Source: the human T2T-CHM13v2.0 reference genome, Homo sapiens. From it: DNA of 64,000 nt. The stretch is from the NCBI RefSeq assembly GCF_009914755.1, contig NC_060938.1. One strand, 5' to 3'. Of the stretch, positions 17,710-30,380 are shown piece after piece. How positions within the stretch are numbered: position 1 is the first letter of the stretch; each line of letters starts with the position of its first letter. Under the pieces are notes generated by a model. That model worked only from the letters and a program-made list of their open reading frames with translations, had not been told where the DNA came from and did no database searches. Both the position numbers and the translations under genes were made by a program.

Positions 17710-17969
17710 AGTGGTAATGGTCAACATCCCTGCCTTGTTCCTGACTTGGGGGAAAGTATTCTTTCTTTCACCATTAAGTATGATGCTAGCTCTAAGTTTG
17801 TCGTAGATATTCTTTATCTGGTTGAAGAAGTTCCCTTCTATTTGTAGTTTGCTGATAGTTTTAAATCATGGGTACATACTGGATTTCTCAGATTTCCACA
17901 TGCAGTGAGGTATCCATGTGTTTTTTGAAAATTCTGTTACATTAACTGATTTCAAAAATTAACCCTTTT

Positions 17970-18268
<299 letters not shown>

Positions 18269-21200
18269 TCTTTTTATTTTGAGAAAACTATAGATTCACA
18301 TACAGTTGTAAGAAATAATACAGAAATACCCATGTTCTCTTTATCCAGTTTTCCCCTATAGTAACATCTTGACAGGATGTTGACATTGATAAAATCAGGA
18401 TACATAAGATTTCTATCACCATGGGATCTCTCACATTACACTTGTGTAGTCACACCTATTTCCCTCCTGCTCCTGTATCTCTCCTTAGCCCCTGGAATTC
18501 ACTAACCTGTTCTCTATTTGCATAACTTTGTCATTTCAAGAATGCTATATAAGTGGAATCATACGGTATGTAACCTTTTGGGATTGAATTTTTTTCACTT
18601 AGCATAATTTCTGGAGATTCTTCAGGTGGATACACATATAAATAGTTCTTTTTTTTTCCTTTTTATTGCTGAGTAGCATTCCACAGTATGGTGTACTACA
18701 GTTCATTTATCCGTTTCTTCACTTAAGGACATATCATTGTTTTCATATCTTTTTTTTGTTGTTGTTTTGTTCAAATAAAGGTGTTATAAACATTCATCCA
18801 CAAGTTTTTATGTGAACAGAAATTTTTATTTCTTTGGGATAAATGCCCCAGAGTACAATTGCTGGCTTGTATGGTGTTGCATATTTAATATTTTAAGAAA
18901 CTTCCAAAGTGTTTTCCAGAGTGGCTATACCGGCTTACATTCCTAGCAGCAATGAGTCATCCAGTTTTTTTGCTTTTGGTAGTGTTTTTAAAATTTTAGC
19001 CATTCTGATAAGTGTGTAGTGATATCTCATTGTCCTTTTACTTTGTGTTTGCCTGATGGTTAATGAATTAAGCATCTTTTAGTGGGCTTATTTGCAATCT
19101 GTATATCATCCTCAGTAAAATGTTCCCTCATGTCTTTTACCCATTTTTGAATTGGATTGTGTATTTTATTACTATTGAGTTTTGAGAGTTCTTTATATGG
19201 TCTCGACACTAGCCCTTTTTCAAACATTCATTTGCAAATATTTTCTCCCAGTCTGTGGCTTGTCTTTTCATCCTTTTACAGGGTCTTTCACAATGCAAAA
19301 GTTTTAAATTTTGATGAAGTCTAACTTTTCTTTCTTGTGGATCATGCTTTTACTGTCAAGTTTAAGAATTCTTTGTCTAGCCCTAGATCTAGAAGCTATT
19401 TGCCCATGTTTTTCCTGACAGGTCTATTGTTATATGTTTCACACTTGATCTTAGTGAAAAGGTTGAGAAGTGATTAGTTTTATGTTTTAAGTATAAGTCT
19501 GTGATTTACTTTGAGTTAGTGTGAGGCATAGGTCATGTCAGTTTTTTTTTGTTTTTAATTTTAAACACCTGTGGATATCTAGTTGCTTCAGTGCCGTTTG
19601 ATGAAAAGGCTGTCTTTTGTCTACTGGATTGTCTCTGCACTGTTGCCAAAAATCAGTTGGGCATATGTGTGGGGGTCTATTTCTGGGTTCTCTCTTCTGT
19701 TCTGTGGATCTGTGTCTCTCTCCTTCCACCAATACTGTGCAGTGTTGGTTACTATAGCTATATAATAAGTCTTAACAGTGGGTGGACACAATTCCTCCTA
19801 CTTCATTCCTCTTTTTCAAAATTGTTTCAGCTATGCTCATTCCTTTGGTTTTTCATACAAATTTAGAAAAAATATAATCTATGTCTCCCGAAATCTTGTT
19901 GGTATTTTGATAGGAATTGTGTTAAAGCTGTATACCACTTTGGGGAGAATCGCCATATTTACCATGCTGAATTTCCTAGTGTGTGCCTCTCTGATTGCTT
20001 AGATATCCTTTGATTTCTTTCAGCATTGTGTATTTTCAGCCTACAACTTCTGTACATATTTTGTTAGTTTTTTGGAGTGATTATAAATTATATTGAATTT
20101 GTAATTTCAGTGTTCATGTGTTGACTTTTGTCACATGTTTTTTCTGAATTGGTATGATCATGTGATATTTTTCTTCTTTAGCCTGTTAATGTGATGGAGT
20201 ACATTGATTTTTAATATTGAACCAGCGTTGCATCCCTGCAATAAACTTCATTTGATCATGGTATATAATTCTTGCTAAAATTTTGTTAAATATTTTTGTA
20301 TCTATATATATGAGGTATACTGCTTTGCAGTTTTTCTTCATGAAGTGATTTAGGAAGTGCCACCTCCTCTTCTCTTTTCTGGAAGAGATTGTGTAGAATA
20401 GTGTTAATTTTTCATTAAATGGTAGTATTCTCCATTGAAACCATCTGGGCCTGGACAATTTTTTAAGACTTTGAAAATATTAATTCAATTTCTCTAATAG
20501 TTGTAGGAGCATTCAGATTATCTCTTTCATATTGGATAAGTTGTGACTATGTTTATCAAAGAATTGGACCATTTTGTCTAAGTTTTCAAATTTATATGTA
20601 TAGAAGTATTCATAGCATTCACTTATTATCCTTTTGATTTCTGCAGTCTGTAGAGATACCTACCGTTTCAATCCTGTTGTTGGTAATTCATGTCTTGTCT
20701 TGTTCTTTTGTCATTCTTGCTGAGATTAGTTGATTTTTATCGATCTTTAAAACAACTAGGTCTTTGTTTCCTTCCTTTTATTTTTTCTATTTTTATTATT
20801 AATCTCATCTCTTTGTTTCTTCTGCTTGTATTGTGATTATTTTGTTCTAGGTTCTTGAAGTGGAAAGTTAGATTATTGATTTGAGATGTTCCATTTTTTT
20901 CTAATGGTTACATTTCCCTCTTTGAATATGTTACCTGTATCCCACAAATGTTGATTTTTTATTTTCATTAGTTCAGTGTATTTTTTGATTTCCCGTGAGA
21001 CCTTTCTCTTTGATTCATGGGAAAATACAGAAGTTTGTTGTTTAGTTTCCAAGAGTTGGGAGATTTTTCTGTTACCTTTCTTTTACTAACTTCTAGTTTG
21101 ATTCCATTGTGGTTAGAGAAAATTCTGTATTATTTAAATTTTCAAAAATTTGTTGAGGTTTGTTTTGTGGTCTGTCTTGATATATATTCTTCGGGCACTT

Positions 21201-22061
21201 GAATGGAATGTGTATTCTGCTGTTGGATAGAGTGTTCTATAAATGTCTACTAAATCTTGGTTGATGGTATTCTTGAGTTCTTCTATATCTTTGCTGATTC
21301 CCTGTGTAGTTCTGTCAGTTGTTGAGAGATGGGTTCTGAAATCTCCAGCTGCACCTGTGTATTTTTGTCTGTTTTTCTTTTCAGTCTCATCAGTTTTTGC
21401 ATCACATATTTTGCAACTCAGTTTGTTGTATACACACTTAGGTTTGCTATTTCTTGGTGGATTCATCTCTTTTATCATTTTATAATGTCCCTGTCTGTCT
21501 CTGGTGATTTTCTCTTCTCTGAGATTTACTTTACTTGATATTCATATAGCCACTCCTGCTTTCTTTTGATTCACATTTCTATGATACATTATTTTCCATT
21601 CTTTATTTTCAACCACTGATACTGTTATATTTGAAGTGAGTTTCTTGTAGACAGTATATAGTCGAATCATTTTTAAAATCCACTCTGCCAATTCCGGTCT
21701 TAAATTGATATATTTAGACCACTTATATTTAATGTAATTGTTGATATTTTAAGGCTAAAGTGTATCATTTTATTTTTTATTTGTTCTTTTTTTGCTTCTG
21801 TTTTCTTTTTCTTGCCTTCCTGTGAAAAGTTTTGTTTTCACCTCCATGAGGTATTAGAGATTATACCCTTTTTTATCTTAATTGCAAATTAGTGAATAAA
21901 ATTCACTGAACATTCAATATTTAATGTTCCTGACATCTGTTCATCTAGTTAGCCATCTATTCATTCATGTTTTCAAGAGATATTTATTGAACCTCTACCC
22001 TGGGCCAGGCATTGTCATTTTCTTTTTCTTTCAGATTATTCTCTTTCAGTTCTTTAGCAGT

Positions 22062-22483
22062 GTAGTAAATTTATTTCCTCTGGTTGTTGTAACAAATTAC
22101 CGCAAACCAGGTGGCTTAAAAATAATAGAAATTTATTCTGTCACAGTTCTAGAAAACAGAAGTCTGAAGTCAAGATGTCAGCAGGGATCTAGAGGAGAAT
22201 CCATTCTTGCCTATTCCAACTTTTGGTGGTTGTCACCATTCCCTGACTTGTGGCTGTATTGCTCAAATTTCTGCATCTGTGGTCAAATGGCCATCTATTG
22301 TGTTTTATTCTCTGAGTTTTTCTTTTAAGGACACTTGCTATTGGATTTAGGGCCTAGATAGTTTGGATAACCCAGGATAATCTCTTTATCTCAAGAGCCC
22401 TTTAAAAATTAAGACAATAATCGCAGGTTCTAGGATTAAGATGTAGACATATCTTTTAGGGGGCCACCATTCAGTTCACTACA
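22062..22483 (-). mobile_element. MLT1-type MaLR LTR
   Basis: tgtaacaaattaccgcaaaccaggtggcttaaa...gaagtctgaagtcaagatgtcagcaggg. Confidence 0.75.
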
Positions 22484-22957
22484 AATAGTATTTTTCTGTG
22501 CAACTTTGATTTCTCTTTTTTTGATCCTCTCTCCATTTGGCATGGGTTCTCTATTTCACACCCTTTGCTATTCCTTCTGAATTTTGTCTATTAAAGGATT
22601 CTCCTAGAGAGTGATGAGAACAGTGGAATGATTATGATGTCCTGTATTTCATAGCTTACCGTATAGCAACAGAAAAAGCCTTTCTTCATGGCAGGGCAGC
22701 TTCATTTAGAATCAGAATATGTTTCTTTCTAATAGAACTTACTCTAAAGCAAAAATAATATTATTTTAAAAACTATGTAAAACATGTATTAAAGTCTTAT
22801 GTACGTATAACTACAAATCCATTTGAAGAGATAAGTAAAAATAATTCTAATCAATAAGTAAATATTATGGAATCAGCTATCAATATTTAAATTGGTGTCA
22901 GTTAAGAACAGGTGGAATTTCCCTCTGAGGTGATGCCATGTTTATTAGCATCTTTTT

Positions 22958-23001
22958 GATATATATATCTATATCTATCTATCTATATATATATATGTAT
23001 A
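22958..23001. repeat. (TA)n/(TCTA)n microsatellite
   Basis: directly visible. Confidence 0.8.
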
Positions 23002-23736
23002 TTTCAAGTACTTTCAGAACTTAGGCCACTTTGGTTATATTTGAAAACAGTTTTTTGCTGTTTGTGGAAATGGTTTTTTTGGGAAGAATCTGAACATTTT
23101 TTTCAAGGTATTTAGGCCACTAGAGTATTGCTGAGATTATTTTGATAACTCCTTAATGAATGTTAATTTAAAAAGGAGTTATGTAAATATACCCTGCTGA
23201 TCTTTAAGAGTATTGAGTGTATCTTTAAGAAGTTTCTGACATGGAGTCAAATCTAGTGTAACAAGTGATTTCACTGTACCAAGAGAAAGTTGTATGATTT
23301 TGCTGTAGTTGATTTTATTGCTGTCCCTGTTGCTATGACTATTAATGTTTTACCGTAATAAAATGTTACCATTTATATATTTTTATAAAGTATGGCAAAC
23401 TGGCAGGTCACAGGAAAAAATGAGGTAGAATTAAAAAATATGTATTTAATAATAGTCTCGAAACTTTTAGACTTAAGACATATAAAACAATAGACAATCT
23501 TGTTTCAGCACAAGCATAATTAATATCTTCATGTATTTGTTATAAGATTTGCTTAATAAAATTTCAGTTTTGGTTTTAATTTTATATCTAAATGATGTAT
23601 TTCTGGCTTAAAACTTAGAAGTCTGAGTGCTTAACATTCAAAGCAGTCATTTTTCCAATTAGTCCATACTTTTTATAACTGTGCAGAGGAATTCAGCTTA
23701 TAATTATAAATTTTAAATTTGTGTTTTCTTTGTAAG

Positions 23737-23839
23737 TGCTGGTCAAGATGTCCAAGGAACAAGTGTGATTGCAAATCTCCCATTTTTGATGCGACAGAAT
23801 CCCACTGAGACGCTTCGGAGAGTGTTGCCAAAAGTCAGA
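23737..23839 (+). CDS. PPP4R4: PPP4R4 coding exon (exon 3): (S)AGQDVQGTSVIANLPFLMRQNPTETLRRVLPKVR
   Basis: ttttctttgtaag| acceptor (AAG) and AGA|gtaagt donor; 103 nt, ends phase 0; translation matches the recalled PPP4R4 N-terminus. Confidence 0.93.
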
Positions 23840-25374
23840 GTAAGTTGGTATGAAATAAGATTGGAGTTTCCCATTTTTTCCCAGTAGCATGTTGTCATTG
23901 TTGAAAGGATTTTGGAGCTTTGATGGCTGATCTTTTGCACCTAAAAATTGAGTGGAGGAAGTGTTATTATATACATTTTGAATTATAATGAAAATATTTA
24001 GGGAAATTAGCTGATGGAAATGGAGAAATCCAGATCTTAAGTTGTAAAATTTCTTTAGTCATTTTCTCAGTAGAGACATTTTACTAAAGGTAGTTTTTAG
24101 TAGCTCAAAAACACCTCTTAATTATTCTTAAAAAAAGTATTTAGTATTCTGTTGACTTAAATCTATATTAATAGTATTTGTATAACATTGATAATATAAT
24201 TGAGCTGATATTCCTAATAATTGACCCTATGATGACTTCTGAAGAATCATCAGATAAAGATTGAATTATAGCCATCACAATTTTAGATGTGTATGTAATT
24301 TATTGCTTTATAAATTTCTTCAGAATTAGTTTTTCTGCTATGAACAAAAATGTTTGATCTATTACATTCTTTCTTCTGACTAATATTTATTGATTATTAA
24401 TATAAAATTAAATAATTTCAACTATTAAATATTTAGTAATTATTTATTTGTACTTATGTGCAAAGTGCTTTTCTTTATAAGAACTTGAATGAATAAAACA
24501 GACACCAGTGTGTGTGTCCTCCAAGAGTTTACCTACTAATGGGGTCAGTGAGGTTACATACTAATGAGGATTATGTTTGCTAATAGAGGTTGGTAGATTT
24601 TGCTTTGTTTTTTTATTTGGATATAGCTCTTGTCATAATTTTTAATTTATGTGTTTAAAATACTGAAGTTATTATTGAGTCCTTGAGTTTTATTTTTAGG
24701 CATGTGTAGCATGGTTCTAGTTACTGTGATTTAGATCAGGGACATACCATGTTATTTTCATGAGATGCCCACCTATGCAGGCACTGTGAACATTTTGACT
24801 GATTACAATGGTGAATTAAGATGATATTTATTTTGGCATTGCATGTGATTCAAAAGTAAATCAAGCTTTTTTATATCTGTTTTTCCCAGAATCATGCCAT
24901 GTTTCAAAGGAATTAGGCCCACACAGACCAGGTTTATTTTTACGTTCAATTTCAGTGATACTAACTGACCTACACTTGTCAGCATGACACCTGGAAGTGC
25001 CAGTTAAACAATAGCAGAAAGGAACAGGTATTTAGGTCCTCTTGGCTACAGAGTTAATGTAAGTAAGCAAATTAGATTTATAGCTAAGAATACTGCATGC
25101 TGCACACTTTGCATTGAGCAGGTAAAATCTGGTCCACAGAAAGCATATTAGATATCCAAAGTTTCATATGCAAGAATAAAAGATGAAAGAGAGCAGTGAA
25201 CTTTAGAGGTCTCTAAATTACTTTGCAAAATTCCTTTTGTTGAGTTCACAATAAAGGAAGTTAAGTAACAGCTCCCCCAAAACCTTAATTTCATGGGAGT
25301 ATATAAAGAATATTATACACTTTTTTTTATTTTCTTACTTTCTATTTAAAATATTCTAAAGAAAATTTTATACA

Positions 25375-25721
25375 AATTTTCATTACTTTTAAAGCTTATT
25401 AAAACCATATCTTCTATAACTCAGGCATACCTTACAGTTTCAAAAGATACATTTGATTCTTTGTATAAATATGCTATATATATGAGTGTATAATACAAAG
25501 AATCAAATGTATCATATTTATACAAAGAATCAAAGTGTATAAAGAATATTATACACTCATGTATAACATATTTATACAAAGAATCAAAGTGTATAAAGAA
25601 TATTATACACTCATATGTATAGCGTATTTATACAAAGAATCAAATGTATCTTTTGAAACTGTAAGGTATGCCTGAGTTTTAGAAGATATGGTTTTAATAA
25701 GCTTTAAAAGTAATGAAAATT
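25375..25721. repeat. 121-bp inverted repeat (25375-25495 / 25601-25721) with a 105-bp loop of short direct repeats
   Basis: arms are reverse-complementary with 3 mismatches. Confidence 0.93.
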
Positions 25722-26371
25722 AATCCATAAAACAGAGTATATTAACTGAATAATGGATACAAAGGTAGTATATACTAATGAACATGTACTAAGGAAACCT
25801 TTATTTATATGTGAATGATTTCACTCATTTATTTTACTAATCAACATGCAACCGTTTATTTAGGACCATCGTCTTGCTGTACTCCGTTTAAAAGAGATGC
25901 CGAAAAGGTAGAAGAGTCCAGATTAGACTGTATATTAGGAAGGTCTAGTGACCATGGAAAACAATGAGAGAACAAGTATAATAGAGTATTGTGTGCTTGT
26001 GACTTGATGTAAAAATGCTGAAGAATAAGGCAAATGAGAAGGGCTTTATGGGGGTAACTCCAGTAATAATGACTTTTATCGATAGTCTAATATATAATGT
26101 AGACAGCCAAACATTTAATCACTCCCATTTCAAATGATAAAATCTGTGTTTCTGTGCATATTATTTTAAATTCATTGTATTCAGATTTTGTTATGACTTA
26201 TTGGTACTCCTGGTTAGCACCTTTGTCAATTCCACCTCACTTCTGTGAGTGTCTACTTTCCAGTGATGAAATGCTGACAGCATCTCGGGTAACTGCTTTA
26301 TTTACTTTTGCTTGGCCATGATTTCTCAATTTTTTAAAAGAAAGTAATCTTGAGCATTTAGTAATAATGGC

Positions 26372-27180
26372 ATTCTCATTCATTCATAAATATTTACTGA
26401 GTCCTTTTATAAGGCAGGCACTGTTCGAAGCACTGGGAAAATAGAAGTGAACAAAAGATGGGGGACTTGCCCTCAAGGAGGAGGCTACAGTCCAGATGGA
26501 GAAACAGACATTAAACAAGTAAATCCCTCCTCACCCAAGAAAGGTATAATGGTCATTTGTGATAAGCACTCTGAGTGTACAGAACATGAGTTGATGAGAT
26601 AAAGTAATATAGTAACGAGGGCACCTGCTGTGCATTGGGATGGCAAGGAATGCCTTTCTGAGGAGCAGAAAACTGAAGGGATGGAAAGAAGCAGCCATTT
26701 GAGAGTCAGGACCAAGTAGTTCAGGTGGAGAGAACGGTAGTTAGCCCTAAGGTGAAAGAGCTGGGTGGGACTGAGAGAGACAGGTGTGTTTTGGACCCAG
26801 TGGATGGGGTGGGGTGTGATTGAGAAGAGGTTAGAGAAATGGTTGATGAAAGAGCATGCAAATGTTGGTTTTCATTCTTAGGACAGTGAAAAGTCGTTGA
26901 AGTCTTTAAAGCAGGCAGTGACTTAATTGTGTTTCTATTTCACAGTGATCATTTTGGTTATTGTATGGAGAATAGATTGGAGTGGGATAGTTAGGAAGCT
27001 TCAGTTCTGGCCCTCATAGCTAGTATGAGGACAACTAATTAAGACAGTAGAGAGCAGTAGACATATCTGAGATACATGGGTTAAGGTAGAATGAGCAGAA
27101 TTTCGTAACAGATTGGGTTTGTGAAGTGAGAGATGACTTCCAGATTTCTGGCTTGACCATGCATATGGTTCTGCTGGTTT
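26372..27180 (-). mobile_element. L2 fragment, 3' end
   Basis: cattcattcataaatatttactgag...ggcactgt followed by antisense L2 body. Confidence 0.7.
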
Positions 27181-28706
27181 TCAGTTATAGTTGATAGTCT
27201 GTTAAATTCATAAGGAAAATAATTTGTGTACTTGATAATACTAGTCTTTTGTGAATGATTTACTTTTAGATAATTTAAAGATATGAACAATACATATTTT
27301 ATGCAAGAAGTTAATCAATACCAAGATTTTTACCACATTTATAACAGTGGTGTGTGCAGCTTTTAGAGCTCACTTTTTACCTTGTCTTTACCTTTAAGAA
27401 TATCAGATGAAGTAATGGAGATTTTGCTGGCCTTATGTATTATAAACTTTCACCAGTGATATTTTTGTTTTATTGCATTTGCATTTTGTTCTTATGATAA
27501 TGGATTAATTGAAAAGTGATTTAAAAAATAGGTTGCTTTCACTGTTTTAGAGATAAAGGAATTTAATGTTTAAAAATAAAATGTCAGAAACAGAGTTAGT
27601 GTTACAATTGAGCTAATCCATCAGATTGAGGTTGCTGTCTAGAATAACTAACAAAGAAGAAAAATAGAAAGTAAGAAAAATAGAATTAAGCCAATCCATA
27701 GTATTTCCCCAATTTATTTTCTAAATTGTGTGCTAAGTGGGCAATGAATGGTAGTGCAGTTAGGCCACTCATCTGAAGGTTAAATTTAGCTAGAAATTTA
27801 GAAAGGAAATATTTTGACCTCCAATTTAAATTTCTTAAATGTGGAGACATTTTAAAATATAGTTTTTACCATATATTCATGTTACATGATTTAATCCTAG
27901 GGTATCTATTGAATAATTTTTTTCCTGTGATTTTATTAAGTTTTAATTCTTTTTCCACAGTATATTAAATTGAAATCTTAGATGTTTGTTAGACTTCAAT
28001 ATTTGCTTTGAACTTCTCATTATCTAGAAGTGAAAGAATTTGATTGTCAAGATAAATATCCAAAATATTATACCATGGTCTTTTATAAAATTCAGAATAA
28101 TAGCGATATAATTACACCACATAACGAAGGTGATTCCATTACAATCCAATGCAAAAAACACTCTCTACTTATCGAGGTATTAAATTTATTTAGTTGTTTT
28201 TACACTTACATTTTGGCAACCATAAATTTGTCATAAAATTATATAAAAGAAATCGAGCAATTCCAGGCACAGATAAAAATAATGTAGCCAATATTTATTG
28301 AGGTCTTACTATGTGTCAGGCACTGTATTCTGTCAGATATTCTACACATTTTAATCTGAATACTCATAGCAGTTCTATAATGATCACTTGACAGTGGAAG
28401 AAACAACTTAGTTAAGTAACTTGCTCAACGTCACAAAGCTTGCAAGTGGTATAATTAGGTTTAAACAGGAAGTCTGAGCCCTGAGTCCTCACTCTTTACT
28501 ACTCATTAGCTGATCATGACTGTAACAGATATAAAATGTGTAATTTAATGTCTCAAGCCTTAGTCATCTCCTGTCTGTACTACAGCAGCCTCCTCACTGA
28601 GTCTGTTGCTTCCATTTTGCCTCCTAGAGCAAACTCACCCAGAGAAATCTTTTAAAAAGCATCAATCATATCTTGTCTCCCACTTGCATGAAAATTACTT
28701 AAGTGG

Positions 28707-29187
28707 TGTGGTAGGTAGAATCATGCTCCTTCCCAAAAGATATTGGGCCCTAATCCCTAGAAATTGTAAATGTTACCTTATTTGGAAAAGGGGTCTTTAC
28801 AGATACAGTTAAGGATCTTGAGATTGGGAGATTATCCTGGATTATTGGGGTGGTGGTCTAAATGCCATCACATGTGTCCTTATAAGAAGGCAGACGAGAG
28901 TTGACGTATACATGTAGAAGAATGCAATGTGAAGATGGAGGTAGAGATTGGAGTGATGTGGCCACAAGCCAAGGAATGATAGCAACCACCAAAAGCTGAA
29001 AGAAGCAAAAAGCAGATTCTACCCCAGAGCCTCTAGATGGAATGTGGCCTTGCCAACACTTTGATTTTGACCAGGTGATACTGACTTTGAAATTCTGGCC
29101 TCCAGACCTGTGAGAGAAGAAATAGCTGTTGTTTTAAGCCACTCAGTTTGTGGTAATTTGTTACAGCAGCCACAGGAAACTAATGAA
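28707..29187 (+). mobile_element. MLT1C/D-type MaLR LTR inserted in an L2
   Basis: ends ttgttacagcagccacaggaaactaat; L2 pieces about 28540-28700 and 29190-29400. Confidence 0.8.
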
Positions 29188-29659
29188 AGTAACTTCCCAT
29201 TTCAGATATAATACAACCCCCTACCGTGTCCTTAAATCACCCCCATCTACCTTTGTGACCTCATCATCTGCCAGTCTTTTCCCTTTCTTTCATAAGGGCA
29301 GAATATTTGTCAGTCTAGTTTCTCACTATACCCCCGGAACCTAGAATAGTGCCTGGCAGATAATAGGCACTCAAAAAAATTTTGTAAATGAGTGTTCATT
29401 GAACTTAACATTTAGAGACAATATAAATATCTACCTGAAAGACCAAGGGAACATTGGCCTGATCCACTGATGGCATTCTTGGATGAGAAGTAGGAACAGA
29501 ATTTGTTTGGAAATTTGACACTTACATGTAGAATGGTATATAACGCTGATTTATGTTCGAGAGAGACTTTTTGGGGGTTTGGAGAGGATTCGGGAAATAT
29601 ATAATAAAGAAAGGATAAAAGGGACATAATCAATGTGAAATGTGATTTCCTTTTATTTC

Positions 29660-29812
29660 GGTGCATGCCCATAGTCTCAGCTGCTCAGGAGGCTGGGGCC
29701 CAGGAGTTTGAGGCTGCAGTGAATAGTTACTGACTGCACTCCAGCTAGGGCGGCATAGCAAGACCTTGCCTCTAAAAAACAAAAAAAAAACAGAAAAAAA
29801 AAGAAAGAAATA
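29660..29812 (+). mobile_element. Partial Alu (right arm)
   Basis: cccaggagtttgaggctgcagtga...A-tail. Confidence 0.75.
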
Positions 29813-30016
29813 ATAGGAAAAAATAATAATTTCTCCTAATATGATTATTTATTATAGAATTTTATGTCTCCTGTATATGGGTAGATTTTTTTAACATCTT
29901 ATTCTAGAGTTTTTACAGAAAGCATTCACTTTATAAATACATTTGTAAATAGAAAGCTTAACTTTACTTTTTTAAAAGTCCTATTTCAAGTAGCATAGTT
30001 AAGTGAACAAACAACA

Positions 30017-30380
30017 CAGATTGAGCATTCCTAATCCTCAAATCCAAAATCAAAATGCTCCAAAATTTGAAGCTTTTTGAGCATAAATATGATGCTACAA
30101 GTAGAAAACTCCCCATCTGACCTCATGCGATGAGGTGCAGTTAAAGTCAAAATGCAGTCAAAACTTAGTTTCATGCACAAAATTATTTAAAATATTGTAT
30201 AAAATTACATTCAGCCTATGTGTATAAAATGTATATGAAACAAATGAATTTCATATTTAGACTTGGGTCCTATCCCCAAGGTATTTCATTATGAATATGC
30301 AAATATTCCAAAATCGCAAAACATTCAAAATCTGAAACACTTCTGGTTACAAGCATTTGGGATAAGGGATACTCAAGCTG
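30017..30380. mobile_element. Tigger4/MER46-like TcMar DNA transposon
   Basis: terminal inverted repeats cagattgagcattcctaatcc / ggataagggatactcaagctg followed by TA. Confidence 0.8.

Noticed and set aside
24890-25027. Possible cryptic exon (tttttcccag| ... CAG|gtattt, 138 nt, early in-frame TAG)
   Set aside because: Only splice-like motifs support it, and such pseudo-exons are common in long introns; junction reads would be needed.
25496-25620. Short direct repeats resembling a CRISPR-like array (also the VNTR at 33593-34050)
   Set aside because: Eukaryotic intron, no unique spacers, no cas genes; these are tandem or templated duplications.
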